A stretch of DNA of 64,000 bases, from NCBI RefSeq assembly GCF_009914755.1, contig NC_060942.1; one strand, written 5' to 3'. Shown piece after piece: positions 44,783-60,700 of the stretch (its first letter is position 1; each line of letters starts with the position of its first letter). Both the position numbers and the translations under genes were made by a program. The notes beneath the pieces were generated by a model. The model was given only the letters and a program-made list of their open reading frames with translations. It did no database searches and had not been told where the DNA came from. The stretch comes from the human T2T-CHM13v2.0 reference genome, Homo sapiens.

Positions 44783-45249
44783 CAGTAGGTAATCCTAGTA
44801 GCTACTAGGTCAGAGGAATTTGCTTAAAAGTTCAATCTGTTGCTAGTTAATGTTATGAGATTAGAAACAAAGTACTCTGACCACTTTAAAACTAAATAAA
44901 ATATTTTTTATTTTCTGCATTTTCTGTCTCCTTGTTTATAAACACAAAATCTGTACCAGTTATAATTCTTCACAGACATCTCCCTACTATATGAAATGTT
45001 AGTAGAAGTTTAATTTTCCCATTTATTTCATTAGTACTTCTAATCACCATGACTCAGATACCACAATTCCTAAAAACAGAAGTGGTCAAGAAATGGCATT
45101 GTTTAATAAGAACACATTTTATCTTGGTCAGTACATTCCATGAAATGCTAGGGGTTGGATATTCCACATCTAGTTGAATGTCAGAAGTCAGAGCCTGTTA
45201 ACGCTTTTGCAAAGACAACTAGAAAAATCTAATAAACTAAAATTCTAGA

Positions 45250-45990
45250 GGAGAAAAAGTATATCTTAGGTGAGCTTACAATCACCTAGGGGCATTTATC
45301 GATTCTGAGAGTGGGCTGAGGATCAGATTTAGCCCAGGCAAAAAGTCTCCATGGGAAGGTGAAGGGAGGAAAGTTGGGGGGTGGGCGGGATGTGGGAATG
45401 TGGGTGGCAGAGAGAAGAAAAGCATAAGCACTTGAGAGACCATGTGAAGCTGGAGACATAAATTCCAAACTCGAGGGGCCTCACATGCACTGTCTGTTTT
45501 TCCCAAAGAACATTTGCTGAGTTTAGAACCAGTGTCGGAGGCCCAGGAGTTTGGAAGAAAGCTTCTAAATGTCGCAGTAAATCTCCCACAGTCTCACAGT
45601 ACAGAGGAAATACAAATGTGTTGGCGAGAGGGCCTTCCTCATCTGCATGCCAATCTCCCCTTCAAGACATTTGTCATATTTTGAAGTTGCATGGGGCTGG
45701 AGTCCGGAGCTCTGACCTAGGAAAATCAGGGCAGAGCTTAGTCATGTCAAGACATTCCAGAATATAGACATAGACATTTTAATAGCACTTAATCAAGAGC
45801 CTGGAAGGTCCCATGAAGAAATAGTTGTAAACTGAACCTTACTAAAACTGTAACCCCTCTTCAGTACAGTTCAGTCCCTGACGGGCTTGAAGTGATCAAT
45901 CCCTAATGCTAAATGCCTAGCGAAGGAAAGTGAGATAACTCTCTGATGAATATCGAGGTCATCTGAAATATTTGTAACTCACAATGTCTG
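45250..45990 (+). mobile_element. Very old L1M(E) 5' region
   Basis: Weak resemblance only (CAGTCCCTGAC...AAGTGATCA...CACAATGTCTG). Confidence 0.4.
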
Positions 45991-45991
45991 T

Positions 45992-46095
45992 GATATATAT
46001 ATATCCAACAATATATATATATATATATATATAGTCCAGATATATATATCCAACAATATCCAGATACATATATATATACATATATATCTCCAACC
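45992..46095. repeat. Compound (TA)n minisatellite with repeated TCCAACAAT/TCCAGAT units
   Basis: GATATATATAT(AT)CCAACAATAT occurs twice, plus a degenerate third copy. Confidence 0.85.
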
Positions 46096-46184
46096 ATGAA
46101 AATAAAAATAGACAATAGAAGTCGACTCATTGATAAGCCAAGCAAGAACTTCAGAATAACTAATAATTATGTATTTTTTTAAAT

Positions 46185-48360
<2,176 letters not shown>

Positions 48361-48404
48361 GTCACCCGTAGACTTGCCTTGTAAATAATATTAAAACATA
48401 TCCC

Positions 48405-49398
48405 CCAAACTCTTATACACTGTTGGTGGGAATGTAAACTAGTACAACCACTATGGAAAACAGTATGAAGGTTTCTCAAAAAACTACAAGTAGTTTTGAT
48501 GGCCCAAAAATCCCACTTCTGGGAATTATCCAAAGGAAAGGACATCAGTATATCATGGAGATATCTGCACCCCCATGTTTATTGCAGCATTATTCATAAT
48601 AGCCAAGATATGGAATCAACTTAGGTGTCCAACAGTAGATGAATGGATTAAAAAGGTGACATATATATGTATGTACATATATATATATGTGTATACACAC
48701 ATACATACATACACGCACAAAGTGGAATACTGTTCAGACATAAAAAAGAATAAGATCTTGTCATTTGCTGTAATGTGGATGGAACTGGAGGGATTATATT
48801 AAGTGAAATAAGCCAGGAGCAGAAACTTAAACACCGCATGTTTTCACTCATATGTGGAAGCTAAAAAAAAGAGTAAATCTTATAGAAATAACAAGTAGAA
48901 CATAGGATACTTGATACTGGGAAAGGTATAGAGAAGGGGGGACATGGAAAGATTTGCTGAGGGACACTAAATTATAGCTAGATAGGAATGAGTTCTAGTG
49001 TTTTTTTTGTTTGTTTTTGAGACAGAGTCTTGCTCTGTTGCTTAGGCTGGAGTGCAGTGGTGCTATCTTGGCTCACTGCAACCTCCGTCTCCAAGGTTCA
49101 GGCAGTTCTCCTGCCTCAGCTTCCTGAGTAGCTGGGAATATAGGTGTATGTATGCCACTAGCTCAGCTAATTTTTGTAATTTTATTAGAGATGGGGTTTC
49201 ATCATGTTGGCCAGTCTGGTCTCGAATTCCTGACCTCAAGTGATCCACCCACCTTGGCCTCCCAAAGTGCTGGGACTACAGGCATGAGCCACTATGCCCA
49301 GCCAGTTCTAGTGTTTTATAACACTGTAGGATGACTATAGTTAACAATGATATATATATATAATATATAATTTCAAATAGATAGAAGGAGGATATTGA
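48405..49398 (+). mobile_element. L1MA(4/5-like) 3' segment lacking its terminus
   Basis: GATATCTGCACCCCCATGTTTATTGCAGC...GATGACTATAGTTAACAA. Confidence 0.85.
49005..49303 (-). mobile_element. AluSx/Sz-like
   Basis: TSD AGTTCTAGTGTTTT at 48991-49004 and 49304-49317. Confidence 0.95.
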
Positions 49399-49409
49399 GT
49401 CTGTGTTCA

Positions 49410-52400
49410 CAGATGCCCACATCGAAAAGTCAGAAAGCTCTTAAATTAATGGCCTAACAATGCAACTAGAGGTACTAGAAAAAAAAGAACAATGCAACTG
49501 CAAAGCTAGTAGAAGAAAATAAATAACCAAAATTAGAGAAGAACTGAATGAAATTGAGGCCCCCAAATCCATACAAAAGATCAATAAAACCGAGAGTTTT
49601 TTCTTCAAAAGAATAAACAATGTTGATAGACAAGTTAACAAAGAAAAAAAGAAAAGAGATGATCCAAACAAGCACAATCAGAAATGGTAAAGATGACATT
49701 ACAACCAATCCCACAGAAATACAAAAGATCCTCAGAGACTGTTATGAACACCTCTATGAACAGAAACTAGAAAATCTAGAGGAAAGGATAAATTCTTGGA
49801 TGCATACACAACCTCTCAAGTTTGAACCAGGAAGAAATTGAAACCTTGAACAGACCAAAAACAAATTTGGAAATTGAACCAGTAATAAAAAACCTACCAA
49901 CCAAAAGGAGCCTTGGATTAGATAAATTCACAGCTGAATTCTACCAGATTTACAAAGAACTGATACCAATCCTACTGAAACTATTACAAAAATCGAGGAG
50001 GATGTACTCCTCCCGAACTCATTCTGTGAAGCCAACATCAGCTTAATACCAAAATTTGGCAGAGACATGATAAAGAAAGAAAACTTCAGGCTAATTATCT
50101 CTGATGAATGTAGATGCAAAAATCCTCAACAAAATACTAGCAAGCTGAATCCAGCAGCACATCAAAAAGTTAATTCACCAAGATCAAGTAGAGTTTACTT
50201 CTAAAATGCAAGGTTGATTTAACACATGAAAATCAATAAACGGGTTTCACCACATAAACAGAATCAAAAACAAAAATCACAGGATCATCTCAACAGACAC
50301 AGACAAAGCCTTCTATAAAATCCAACATCTCTTTATGATGACTCTCAGCAGACTAGGCATAGAAGGAGCAGACCTTAGAATATTAAGAGCCATCTATGAC
50401 AAACCCACAGCCAACATCATACTGAATGGGCAAAAGCTGAAACCATTCCCCTTGAGAACTGGAACAAGACAAGTGTGCCCACTCTCACCATTCCTATTTA
50501 ACATAGTACCAAAAGCCCTAGCCAGAGCAATAAGGCAAGAGAAAGAAAAAAAAAAGGCATCCAAATAGAAAAAGAAGAAGTCAAATTATGACTCTTCACT
50601 GATGATATTATCCCATACTTAGGACAGCCTAAAGACTCTGCCAAAAGGCTCCTGGAACTGATAAATGAATTCGGTAAAGTTTCAGGATACAAAATCAATG
50701 TACAAAAATCAGCAGCATTTTTATATACCAGTGACATTCTAGCTGAGAACCAAATCAAGAACACAATTCCATTTATGCTAGCCACAATGAAAATGAAAAG
50801 TATAGGAATTCATTTAACCAAGGAGGTGAAAGATCTCAACAACAACAACAACAACACCACCTAAAAACACTGCTGAAAGAAAGAAATCAAAGATGACACA
50901 AAAAAATTGAAAATATCGCATGCTCATGGATTGGAGAAATCAATATAGTTAAAATGGCCATACTACCCAAAGCAATTACAGATTCAATGCTATCCTTATC
51001 AAAATACCAACGTCATTTTTCGCAGAATTAGAAAACTCTATTCTAAAATTCATTTGGAACCAAGAAAGAGCCTGAATGGCCAAAGCAATCCTAAGCAAAA
51101 AGAACAAAGTCAGAGGCATCATATCGCTTGACTTCAAACTATACTTTAAGGCTACAGGAATCAAAACAACATGATACCAGTACAAAAATAGACACAGAGA
51201 GCAGTGGAACAGAATAGAGAACCCAGGAGTAAACTGGCACACCTACAACCATCTTCAACAAAATTAACAAACATAAGCTATAGGAAAAGGACTCCCTAGT
51301 CAACAAACGATGCTGGCATAACTGGCTAGCCATATGCAGAAGCATAAAACTGGACCCTTACATCTCACTAAATGCAAAAATTAACTCAAGATGGATTAAA
51401 GGTTTAAATGGGATACCTCAAACTATTAAAATCCTAAAAAAAAATCTGGGAAATACCATTCTCACCATAGGCTTTGGCAAATAATTTATTGTTAAGTCCC
51501 AAAGGCAATTTCAACAAAATAAAAATTGATAAGTAGGACTTAAGTAAACTAAAGATCTTCTGCACAGCAAAAGAAATTACCAATGGAGTAAACAGAGAGC
51601 CTATAGAATGGGAGAAAATATTTGCAAACTACGCATCTGACAAATCTCCAATATCCAGAATAGAAAGGGAACTGAAGCAAATCAACAAGCAAAAAAGAAA
51701 AAAATTCTATTAGAAAATGGGCAAAGGGCATGAACAGACACTTCTCAAAATAAGACATACAACTGTCCAACAAACATTAAAAAATGGTCAACATCACTAA
51801 TCATTAGGGAAATACAAATCAAAACCACAACGAGATATCATCTCACATCGGTAAGAATGGCAATAATTAAAAAGTCAAAAAACAAAAAACAAAAAGAAAC
51901 AAACAAAAAAAAGGCAGATGCTGGTGGGGCTGAGGAGTAAAGGAAATGGATATACACTGTTGGTGGAAATGCAAACTAGTTCAGCCACTGTGGAAAGCAG
52001 TTTGATTTCTCAAATAACTTGAAATGGGATTGCCGTTTACCCAGCAATCCCACTTCTTGGGTATATACCTAAAGAAAAATAATTCATTCTATCAAAAAGA
52101 CAGATGCACCTATATGTTCACTGCAGCACTATTCACTATAACAAAGAAATGGAATCAACTCAGGTACTCATCAAAGGTAGATTGGATAAAGAAAATGTGG
52201 TACGTATACACGATGGAATACTATACAGCCATAAAAAGAATGAAATCATGTCCTTCACAGTAACATGGATGGAGTTGGAGGCCATAATCCTAAGTGAACT
52301 AACATAAGAACAGCAAACCATACACTGCATGTTCTCACTTATAGGTAGGAGCTAAACATTGAATACACATGAATGTAAAGATGGCAACAATAGACATTGG

Positions 52401-52585
52401 GGACCACTAGACGGTGGAGGGAGGGACAGGAGTGTAGGCTGAAGAACCACCTGTTGGGTACTATGCTTACTTTCTGGGTGATGAAATCACTGGGACCCCA
52501 AGCTTCAGCGTAATGCAATTTGCCTATGTAATAAACCTGCATGTGTATCCTTTAATTTATAATGAAAATTGAAATTATTAAAAAA
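49410..52585 (+). mobile_element. L1PA16/17-like, 5'-truncated (ORF2 and 3'UTR)
   Basis: ORF track: [27 protein letters not shown]; 3'UTR to the A-tail. Confidence 0.9.
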
Positions 52586-52589
52586 TTTT

Positions 52590-53165
52590 TATTTTTTACT
52601 TAATTTTTTTTGTTGTTGTTGAAACTAAGACCAAACATACACATTAGCCTGTTAGCCTAGGCTTGCATGGGTCAGGATCATCAACATCATTGTCTTCCAC
52701 CTCCACACTTTGTCTCACTGGAAGGTGTTCAGGGGTAGTAAGATGCATGGAGCTGTCATCTCCTAGGATAACAATACCTTCTTTTGGAATCCCTCCCGAA
52801 AGACCTGCCTGAGGTTCTTTTACATTTAAGATTGTTTTTTATAAGTAGAAGGAGTACACTAAAAAATAACAATAAAAAGTGTGGTGCATACATAAACCAG
52901 AAACATAGTAGTTTATTATGATTATCAAGTATCATGTACTGTATATAGTTGTGTGTGTTGGCCTTTTATACAGTTGGCAGCACAGTAGGTTTTTTTACAC
53001 GAACATCACTGCAAACATGTCATTAATGTGTTGCACTACAAAGTTATGATGGCTGAGATGTCATCAGACTATAGGAATTTTTCGGCTCCATTATAGTCTT
53101 ATGGGACTGCCATTGTATATGTGGTCTGTCACTGACTGAAGCATCATTATACAGTGTGTGAGTGT
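52590..53165. mobile_element. Tigger3b (MER7B/Golem) partial
   Basis: CACATTAGCCT...GGGTCAGGATCATCAA...; decayed TIR at the right end. Confidence 0.8.
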
Positions 53166-53169
53166 GCAT

Positions 53170-53480
53170 CTATGGCAAGAATAGCACAGAAGTGATGTTT
53201 TCCTCTCCTTGCATTCTATCAGGTTGCACTTGATTTTGACATATCCTATTACTTATGATGTTCACTTTGATCATTTGATTAAAATAGTATCTCTCCAGCT
53301 TTTCCATTGTAAAAGTAAGCCTTTTCCACTTTACACTGAATAGGCATATTTTGTGGGGTAGTGCTTTGAAACTATGTAAGATTCCTCTTCTTCATCAAAC
53401 TGTTAATGAATTCACTTGTACTAGTAGGGGGTTCATGGTTTTCTATTTAATTTAATGGGTTACGATCCATTGCTGCATTT
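53170..53480 (-). mobile_element. L1MC4/5 3'UTR fragment
   Basis: GGCAAGAATAGCACAGAAGTGATG...TTTGAAACTATGTAA. Confidence 0.65.
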
Positions 53481-53629
53481 TTTAAATCAACTTTGTCAAC
53501 TAAGACATAATTACATATTATGAAATATAGCTGTTTTAGATATACGGGTTGATGAGTTTTTAAGAATATGTGCACCTATGTAACCACCACACCAATCAAC
53601 ATATAGAAATTTTTCTTTATTTTTCCTTT

Positions 53630-54247
<618 letters not shown>

Positions 54248-55581
54248 AAAAATTTTCATCACCTTAAAAAGTTTCCTGGTAACTATTTGTGGTTAACCTA
54301 CTTAACCACTTAACTGTTTTCTGTCAAAATACCTGGATTTTTCCTCTTCTAGAATTTTATATAAAGGGAATCATACACTATGTGCTCTTAAAACATAATG
54401 TGTTTGAGATTCACCCTTGTTATTGCATGTATCCATTGCTCACTCCTTTTCATTGCTGAGTAGAATTTCAATATATGGATATACCACTATTTATATATTC
54501 TCCAGTTGATGGACATTTTGGGTTTTCCTATTTAGAAGCAATTTTGAACAAAATTGCTGTGAACATTTGTAAACAAGTCTTTGCATGAACATATGTTTTA
54601 TTTGATATGTATTTATTGAACTTTATAACACATTGCCAAACTGTTTTCCAAAGTAACTGTAACATTTCGTAATCCCACCATCAATATATGAGCTCCAGTT
54701 GCTCTACATCCTCATGGACATTTAGAATTGTCCTTTTTATAATTAGCCGTTCTTGGTGAGTGTGTAGTGTATCTCATTGTGGTTTTAATTTGCATTTCCC
54801 TGATAACATCTTTTCATGGGCTTTTGGCCATTTGTATACTTTTGGAAGAGTCTTTTTATACATTTTCCCCATATTTATTGGGTTGTATGCCTTCTGAATA
54901 ATGTGTTTCAAGAGTTGTTCATAGCTATATATCCCTTGGTGAATTCATCTGGGTATAAACATAGGATAAATTCTTACAGATGTAGTTGCCAAGTCAAAGA
55001 ATGTACTTTTTAAACTTTTGAGAGATCTGATTAATTACCCTCTATAGAAACTGTACCAATGTATAATCCCCTAAACAATGTAGGAGACAGAACAAAAATA
55101 TCAATATTATAAAGTTCAAATTAATTTTCAAATTTTATAGATATCAAAAAACGTGGACACAATGCACCTGGGGTAGAATTTCTTCCACATTACTTCATAT
55201 AATATAGAGAAAATCATTGAAATAATGGAATGTAGCCAAGGATTGTTAAGTTTTTAGGAGAAAATTTCTTTGCAGAAATTTTGGTTCTTTGCAGAACCAA
55301 AAAATTTTATTGTTATGGCAAGATTCTGGTATCAAATAAATGCTCAAAAATAAAATTACAAATTAGCTTATAACAAAAATTTATTATAACAGGTCCTAAT
55401 ATATGAGTATATAAATTCAATTTGCCTAATTAATTAAATATATTTGGAAAAAGCCTCTCTTTATTTAAAATATTGCTACAATAGAAGACACTGCTGTAAA
55501 TATATTTAAATACCAAAGATAAATTTTATGGTAGTGTAAATAGATCAAGGTGACAAAATTATTCAAAATATAACTCTTTAA

Positions 55582-55743
55582 TGAGTGCAGAGTTTTAGTT
55601 GGGGAGGATGAAAATGTGCTAGAGATGGAGAATAGTGATGCTTACATACCAGTGTAAATGTACTTAATGACACTGAACTATACACTTAAAATGGTTAAAA
55701 TTGTAAACTTTATGTTACATATATTTTACCACCATAAAAAAAT
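55582..55743 (+). mobile_element. L1MB 3' terminal fragment
   Basis: GTACTTAATGACACTGAACTATACACTTAAAATGGTTAAA...TTTTACCAC plus A-tail. Confidence 0.8.
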
Positions 55744-56524
55744 AGACAAAATCTAACTATTGTATTAGTTCAATATTTTTCTGTATATCTATGTATATTT
55801 AAATGATTTCACACCATATAAAAGCTTTTTATCTTACTAAAGTGAAAACCAACAAAAAGCCACTTCCTGCCCCTAAGTTTTTTCTGTAACCCTTTGTTTT
55901 AATTCTACATTATATCAATGTACTTATTTCATATTTCATCAGATAATATATCTGTTTCTAAAACCTATTTGAAAGCTTTTAAGAGGCAATGAATAATTAT
56001 GTAAAGTCATTATCCCATTACCTTTTTCCCCAACTAATCTATTTTGCAAATATGGGTTTTCATACGTGGAGTTTCTTAAACACCTATATTATTGTTAAAA
56101 CACTTTGTTTGAGTTTTCTTAATAATGATGATTCCATTGTCTGTTTGTAAACTCCTCAAGTTTTTATTGACAAAGAAGACTCATCATTTTCAAAAGAAAA
56201 GGTCACTATATGAAATAGTCATGGTTCTGACTAAATAAAGATTTATAAAGACATTACAGATTTTATTTACTGCAATTATACTGAAAGCTGTTTATCATAG
56301 AAAACAAACAGAAAGGATTATCTCCTTCACCAGTACAGCATTAAGCTTTTATGAGGAAATAATTGTATTTTACATAATGGCATTTGTCAATGCTAAAGGT
56401 TAGCATGTCCAAATATAAGATAAATGATAACACTTTCCATTTGTGGGTTTTAGGTTTCCAAAGAGTTTCCATTGCTTCTTTTGATGGAGCAGTCTGGAGG
56501 CACAGTATCAAGGGGTTTTATTCA

Positions 56525-56635
56525 AATATTTTACAGATGAGATAACTGAGGTTTAAAAAAATTCAGTGAGTTACCCAAAATCACACACTGAAAGACCTCC
56601 ATCTTGAACCAGGATTCTTTGTGTCATTCCCAGAT
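56525..56635 (-). mobile_element. MIR fragment
   Basis: ATTTTACAGATGAGATAACTGAGG. Confidence 0.65.
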
Positions 56636-56889
56636 TGTCTCCCATGACTATAGTAACAGACTACCTTAATCCTTGGTTCATCACTAGTTACAATTTTGTA
56701 TCACAAGCAACAAAGAGGCTGGCAGAGTATGTGGAATTGTGTAATGCCACTGTTACCAACGTAGGAACAGCTCAAAGAACATATCTTCATGGTGTCACTG
56801 GCCTACTTTTTATGAAATAATAAAAGCTCACAAAATTCTGTAAAGTTGACCTACCATTTCTGCATTTATTATTCTATTTGATATTCAGG

Positions 56890-57075
56890 TATACTTAAAA
56901 CACATCTGTGAGGTAGCAGATAAGGCAGATGGCTGACAAACTCTTCATTTGGTAAATGGATAAACCAAAGCTTAGGGAAGCCAACAGATTCCTGAAGCTC
57001 ATACGGTCAAGTGTGTTGCATAGTTGAGTTGAGATACAGTGCTAATTGTGCCCAGGTCTTCTTAGTCCAAATATT
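56890..57075 (-). mobile_element. MIR fragment
   Basis: CTGTGAGGTAG...AAATGGATAAACCAAAGCTTAGGGAAG. Confidence 0.5.
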
Positions 57076-57244
57076 AAGCGAGTTTCATTAATGTGGAAGA
57101 TAAATAAAAATATGGTGGATTTCATTACCAACATTATCTAAACTTTCTAGCACCTAATAACGGCATCTTATGTTAAATGAATATTTTCCAGTCTAAAGTT
57201 TTAAATTTTCACCTCTAGAAGATACATTTTTGATTAAAAAATTA

Positions 57245-57435
57245 TACCCAAATAGCTCTGCTTAAGATATTTGAGCTGAATTCAAGAAATCCTTCGGTTT
57301 CACAGCAGAGATGTGTAATGCCTAAGCTCTCAAGCCAGTTACTGAGAAAAGCAACTTGATATTTTTTTTCTTTCCTCTCTAAAAGATGAAAATGAAGAGT
57401 TTTCTCCTGAGAAAAGTGAGGCATTGAAATATTTT
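57245..57435 (-). pseudogene. Candidate exon of pseudogene B (possibly C-type-lectin-like): ENISMPHFSQEKTLHFHLLERKEKKYQVA...SRAIWV
   Basis: Strong acceptor CTCACCTTTTTAATAACATTTCTTTTGGCAG, then ~63 open codons; family call is weak. Confidence 0.4.
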
Positions 57436-57496
57436 CTGCCAAAAGAAATGTTATTAAAAAGGTGAGGTGTGTGCAACAAAATTCTGAGGTACCCTT

Positions 57497-58050
57497 CTAT
57501 AAAATTAGAGATTGAATTCCCTCCTCAGTAATTACATAAATCATATTTATGGAATGCTGCTTTTCACCAAATGAATAAATCATAGCTGCTAAATGCTGAG
57601 TATACCCATGTTCCACGTACAGGTCCTGTGGTCCCTGTTGGAATCTTGTTCCCTTGAACCATGCATTCCAGCCTCTGGCTGCCAAGTATTTTTATGTCTT
57701 CAATAAACTAAACTGAACCAAGCTATTATTACTGAATTGCAGACTATTAGAAGCCGAATGTAGCTGTTGGTGTATCACCATGGGAAATAAAAACTTATTA
57801 TGTTCATTTTGTATGTAACCTAGACAGTTGCATTTGCAAGCAATCAGCATTTGCAGGGGCTGTTTCAGATCTGGAGAGGTTTGCACAGGAGACCTCATCA
57901 TGGTTTCTATGCCTGCTTGGGATTCCTAAGCTACCTGCCACAGAATTAATTGTGGAGAAATTGAAGGATCAAAGTTGTTTCCCAGGTTGCAGTGATACCT
58001 TGTTCAGTTGCTTAAAATAGTCTTGTTCTTCATGCACACATAAGTGGGCT
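57497..58050 (-). pseudogene. Large exon of pseudogene B, resembling the IgGFc-binding N-terminal domain
   Basis: Strong acceptor TTATTATTGTTTTTACACAG; one frame over ~184 codons with only 4 stops; motifs SPVQ..D..QPLQML, GWNAW..GT.F, YVEH...LAAMIYSFG. Confidence 0.55.
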
Positions 58051-58989
58051 CTGTGTAAAAACAATAATAATAACAAAATAAAGTAATGGAGGATGAGCAA
58101 GAGCCATGTACATGGATTGCATGAGGTTAAAATCAACAATAAATTTAATGTTATAGACATTCCTCTCCAAGGAGACTGTAAATTTCCAGAGAAACATTGA
58201 TTTTTAAAACATTTCTTAAAAAGAAATAAAAAGTTGTTTTTCCTAACACAATATCTATAGCATAAGTAGTTTGACTGCTAGCTAGTATCTCTACCTCCAT
58301 TAAGTGGAAGCCAGAAGTAGATATAAAAACAAAGCCCAGATTAAAGCAATTATCAGTTTAATTATTGAAGTCTCTCCTAGCCAAAAAGCTATCAAAGCCA
58401 TAGCTAAGTAATCCATATAGCACAAGGTTCCAAAGCCATGTAAAGTGTTTTAGGCAATAACTACACAAAATCTGGAGACTTTCTCAAAATTTATCTTATG
58501 CTCTAGTGAGTTAATAAAATTAATCATTTTGTTAACTACTTAACAGAGAAAAAAGCATTTCTCTTGCCCTAATTTGAAAATAAATTGTCCTACTAAATTT
58601 TTCTATTGCTATGTAACCAAATTCTCCTGCTTCAAAAAGGATATAAACCTCATGCAACAGAGTTCTGTGTCTTCTAAATACAAAAAGGATTGTATTCAAG
58701 CCTACTAACTCTGTTATTAGAACAATCTAAATCTATCACTTTTACAATATTAGGTCCTCTCCAAAGGTCTTCTTCAAAATGACTAACCAAAAGCCAACAA
58801 ATGTAAAGAAATGGGAAATTTCACTTTCTTTTTATTAGGAGGATAAATAATACTCTAAAAAGGAAGCAGACAACCATGAAGTGGAAATTCGAGTCCATAT
58901 CAAAAGAATGACAGCATTTTCTTGTCTCGCTCTTGCATTTACACAGAGATCCTTCCAAATGATTTAAGAATAACACTTCCTTTTTCACC

Positions 58990-59100
58990 TGTGGTGGGCA
59001 AAATAATGGCCTCCAAGTATGCCCACATCTTAATCCTTGAAACCGACAAATATGTTACCTTACATAAAAAAGTGGATTTAAGGTAAAATTTACCCAAGCT
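58990..59100 (+). mobile_element. MLT1D 5' fragment
   Basis: TGTGGTGGGCAAAATAATGGCCTCCAA...ATATGTTACCTTACAT. Confidence 0.7.
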
Positions 59101-59199
59101 AAACATCATAGAGAAATAAGATTTGAAAAGTGAACAGTAAACCCACTTGTAATCTCCCATAAAAAATAATTACAGAAGCAAAACATCTCTAGATTTGTT

Positions 59200-59580
59200 T
59201 CTGCAACTCAGCGATGGCAATATTTCTGCCTGTTGCTCAGCGTGTAGGACTTTTCCTCAGGCTTGTTGCTTTGTGGTCACAAAATGGTTACTAGAGGTCT
59301 GAGCCTCACATCCAATGGCAGGAAGGAGAATTTTTCTTTGTTTGGTTTGTTTTTTGAGTGAAGTGTTGTTTTTGTGGGATAAAAGCTCTCCCAGACACCC
59401 ATGTTATGACTTCTTCTTGACCGTTTAAACATATGCACATGCTCTGGGTGTAAGGAAGACTGTAAAAGCAAGCATCTGGCATTTTCAGCTTGTAAAATGA
59501 GAGACAATCTCTGCCAGTAGTGAAAGAGGGGAGTGAGGAAGGCTGGGGAATGGCTTTTGGGTCAGAACCAGCATGGCTTA
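59200..59580 (-). mobile_element. Old MLT1 (J/K-like) fragment
   Basis: TGGTCACAAAATGG...GGCAGGAAGGA...GGCTTTTGGGTCAG. Confidence 0.5.
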
Positions 59581-59648
59581 ACAAATTCATTTTTAAATTG
59601 CCAATAAGTTCCTAAGGAAAAATTTCACAGATTATTACTTCCTCTTTC

Positions 59649-59759
59649 TTTTCTTTCTTTCTTTTTTTTTTTTTTTGAGATGGAGTCTCGCTCTGTCGCC
59701 CAGGCTGGAGTGCAGTGGCGCGATCTCAGCTCACTGCAAGCTCCGTCTCCCGGATTCAC
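59649..59759 (-). mobile_element. Severely 5'-truncated AluY
   Basis: TSD CTTCCTCTTTC at 59638-59648 and 59760-59770. Confidence 0.93.
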
Positions 59760-60188
59760 CTTCCTCTTTCATTTCTAATGCCACAGAATTGTCTCAAACC
59801 CTATTGTTTTACCAGCCTCGCCTCCATTAGTTTCAATTTCCTTCCATCCATAGGATAAGCTAGATTGTCAACAGTATCCTTGATTACCTCATTGCTTCTT
59901 TCCAAACTCCACAGTAGTTCACAATTGCCTTTTGAACCCAATGAGGTAATGGATTGTGTCTTTTTAAGGATTTCCATCACAAAAGTGTCTTTTGTGGTAT
60001 TCCCAAAAATTATTCCCCAACCTCATCTCCTTTCAAGCATTTTATTGATAATCATAAAGAAAAGACAAAAAACACACCAAATATAAGCTCGGTGAAAATA
60101 CAAAAACTATGAAGTTCTTATGGTTACAATCTTTTGTCTACAGCTCCTCGTCACCTTACGTCAATACTAACCTAAGGGTGAATCTTAC

Positions 60189-60437
60189 CACTCGACCCAG
60201 GGCTCCCTCCACCACCATATCTCAGGTTCTAAAGTACAGTAGAGGCTGTGTCTTCCCCAGACTGCAAATCTGAAGAAGAGATCCCTCTTGTCTTCAGCAG
60301 GTAATTTCTTGAAATTCAGACTGGCCGATGTCAATTTCAGTGATTTATTCTGAACTGCAGAAATGTGATATCTCAGATCAGAACTTCATAAAATAACTCA
60401 ATAAATCATAAACTTTTCCGTGATTTATTCCCATTTT
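60189..60437 (-). pseudogene. Upstream exon of pseudogene B (FCGBP N-terminus-like)
   Basis: Acceptor TTTATTTTTATTTTTAG, donor GTG|GTAAGA, 249 nt, phase 1-1; ENGNKSRKSL*FIELFY / SDLRYHISAVQ / LQSGEDTASTVL*NLRYGGGGS. Confidence 0.5.
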
Positions 60438-60644
60438 CTAAAAATAAAAATAAATATCTCCTCATTTTTCTTCTCTACTGCAACTTCCATTAATACATAT
60501 GTTATATCAAATACCAGATATAAGTAAAAAGTTGATGCCATAAATATCAAGAAGAAAAAAGAAGGAACTTATCACAATTATTTGTTTTACCACAAGAATA
60601 TTCCACACCTCATTTTTTTTAAGGTCTCATGCAAATCGGCCAAT

Positions 60645-60700
60645 ATGTTCATTTATTCATCCAACAAATACTTATTAAATGTCTACTATGGATTGGCATG
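60645..60700 (-). mobile_element. L2 3' tail
   Basis: TTCATTTATTCATCCAACAAATACTTATTAAATGTCTACTATG. Confidence 0.7.

Noticed and set aside
60261-60300. + strand 40-nt exon-like segment (TTCCCCAG | ... CAG | GTAATT)
   Set aside because: It lies inside the better-supported minus-strand exon 60437-60189 and has no partner exon.
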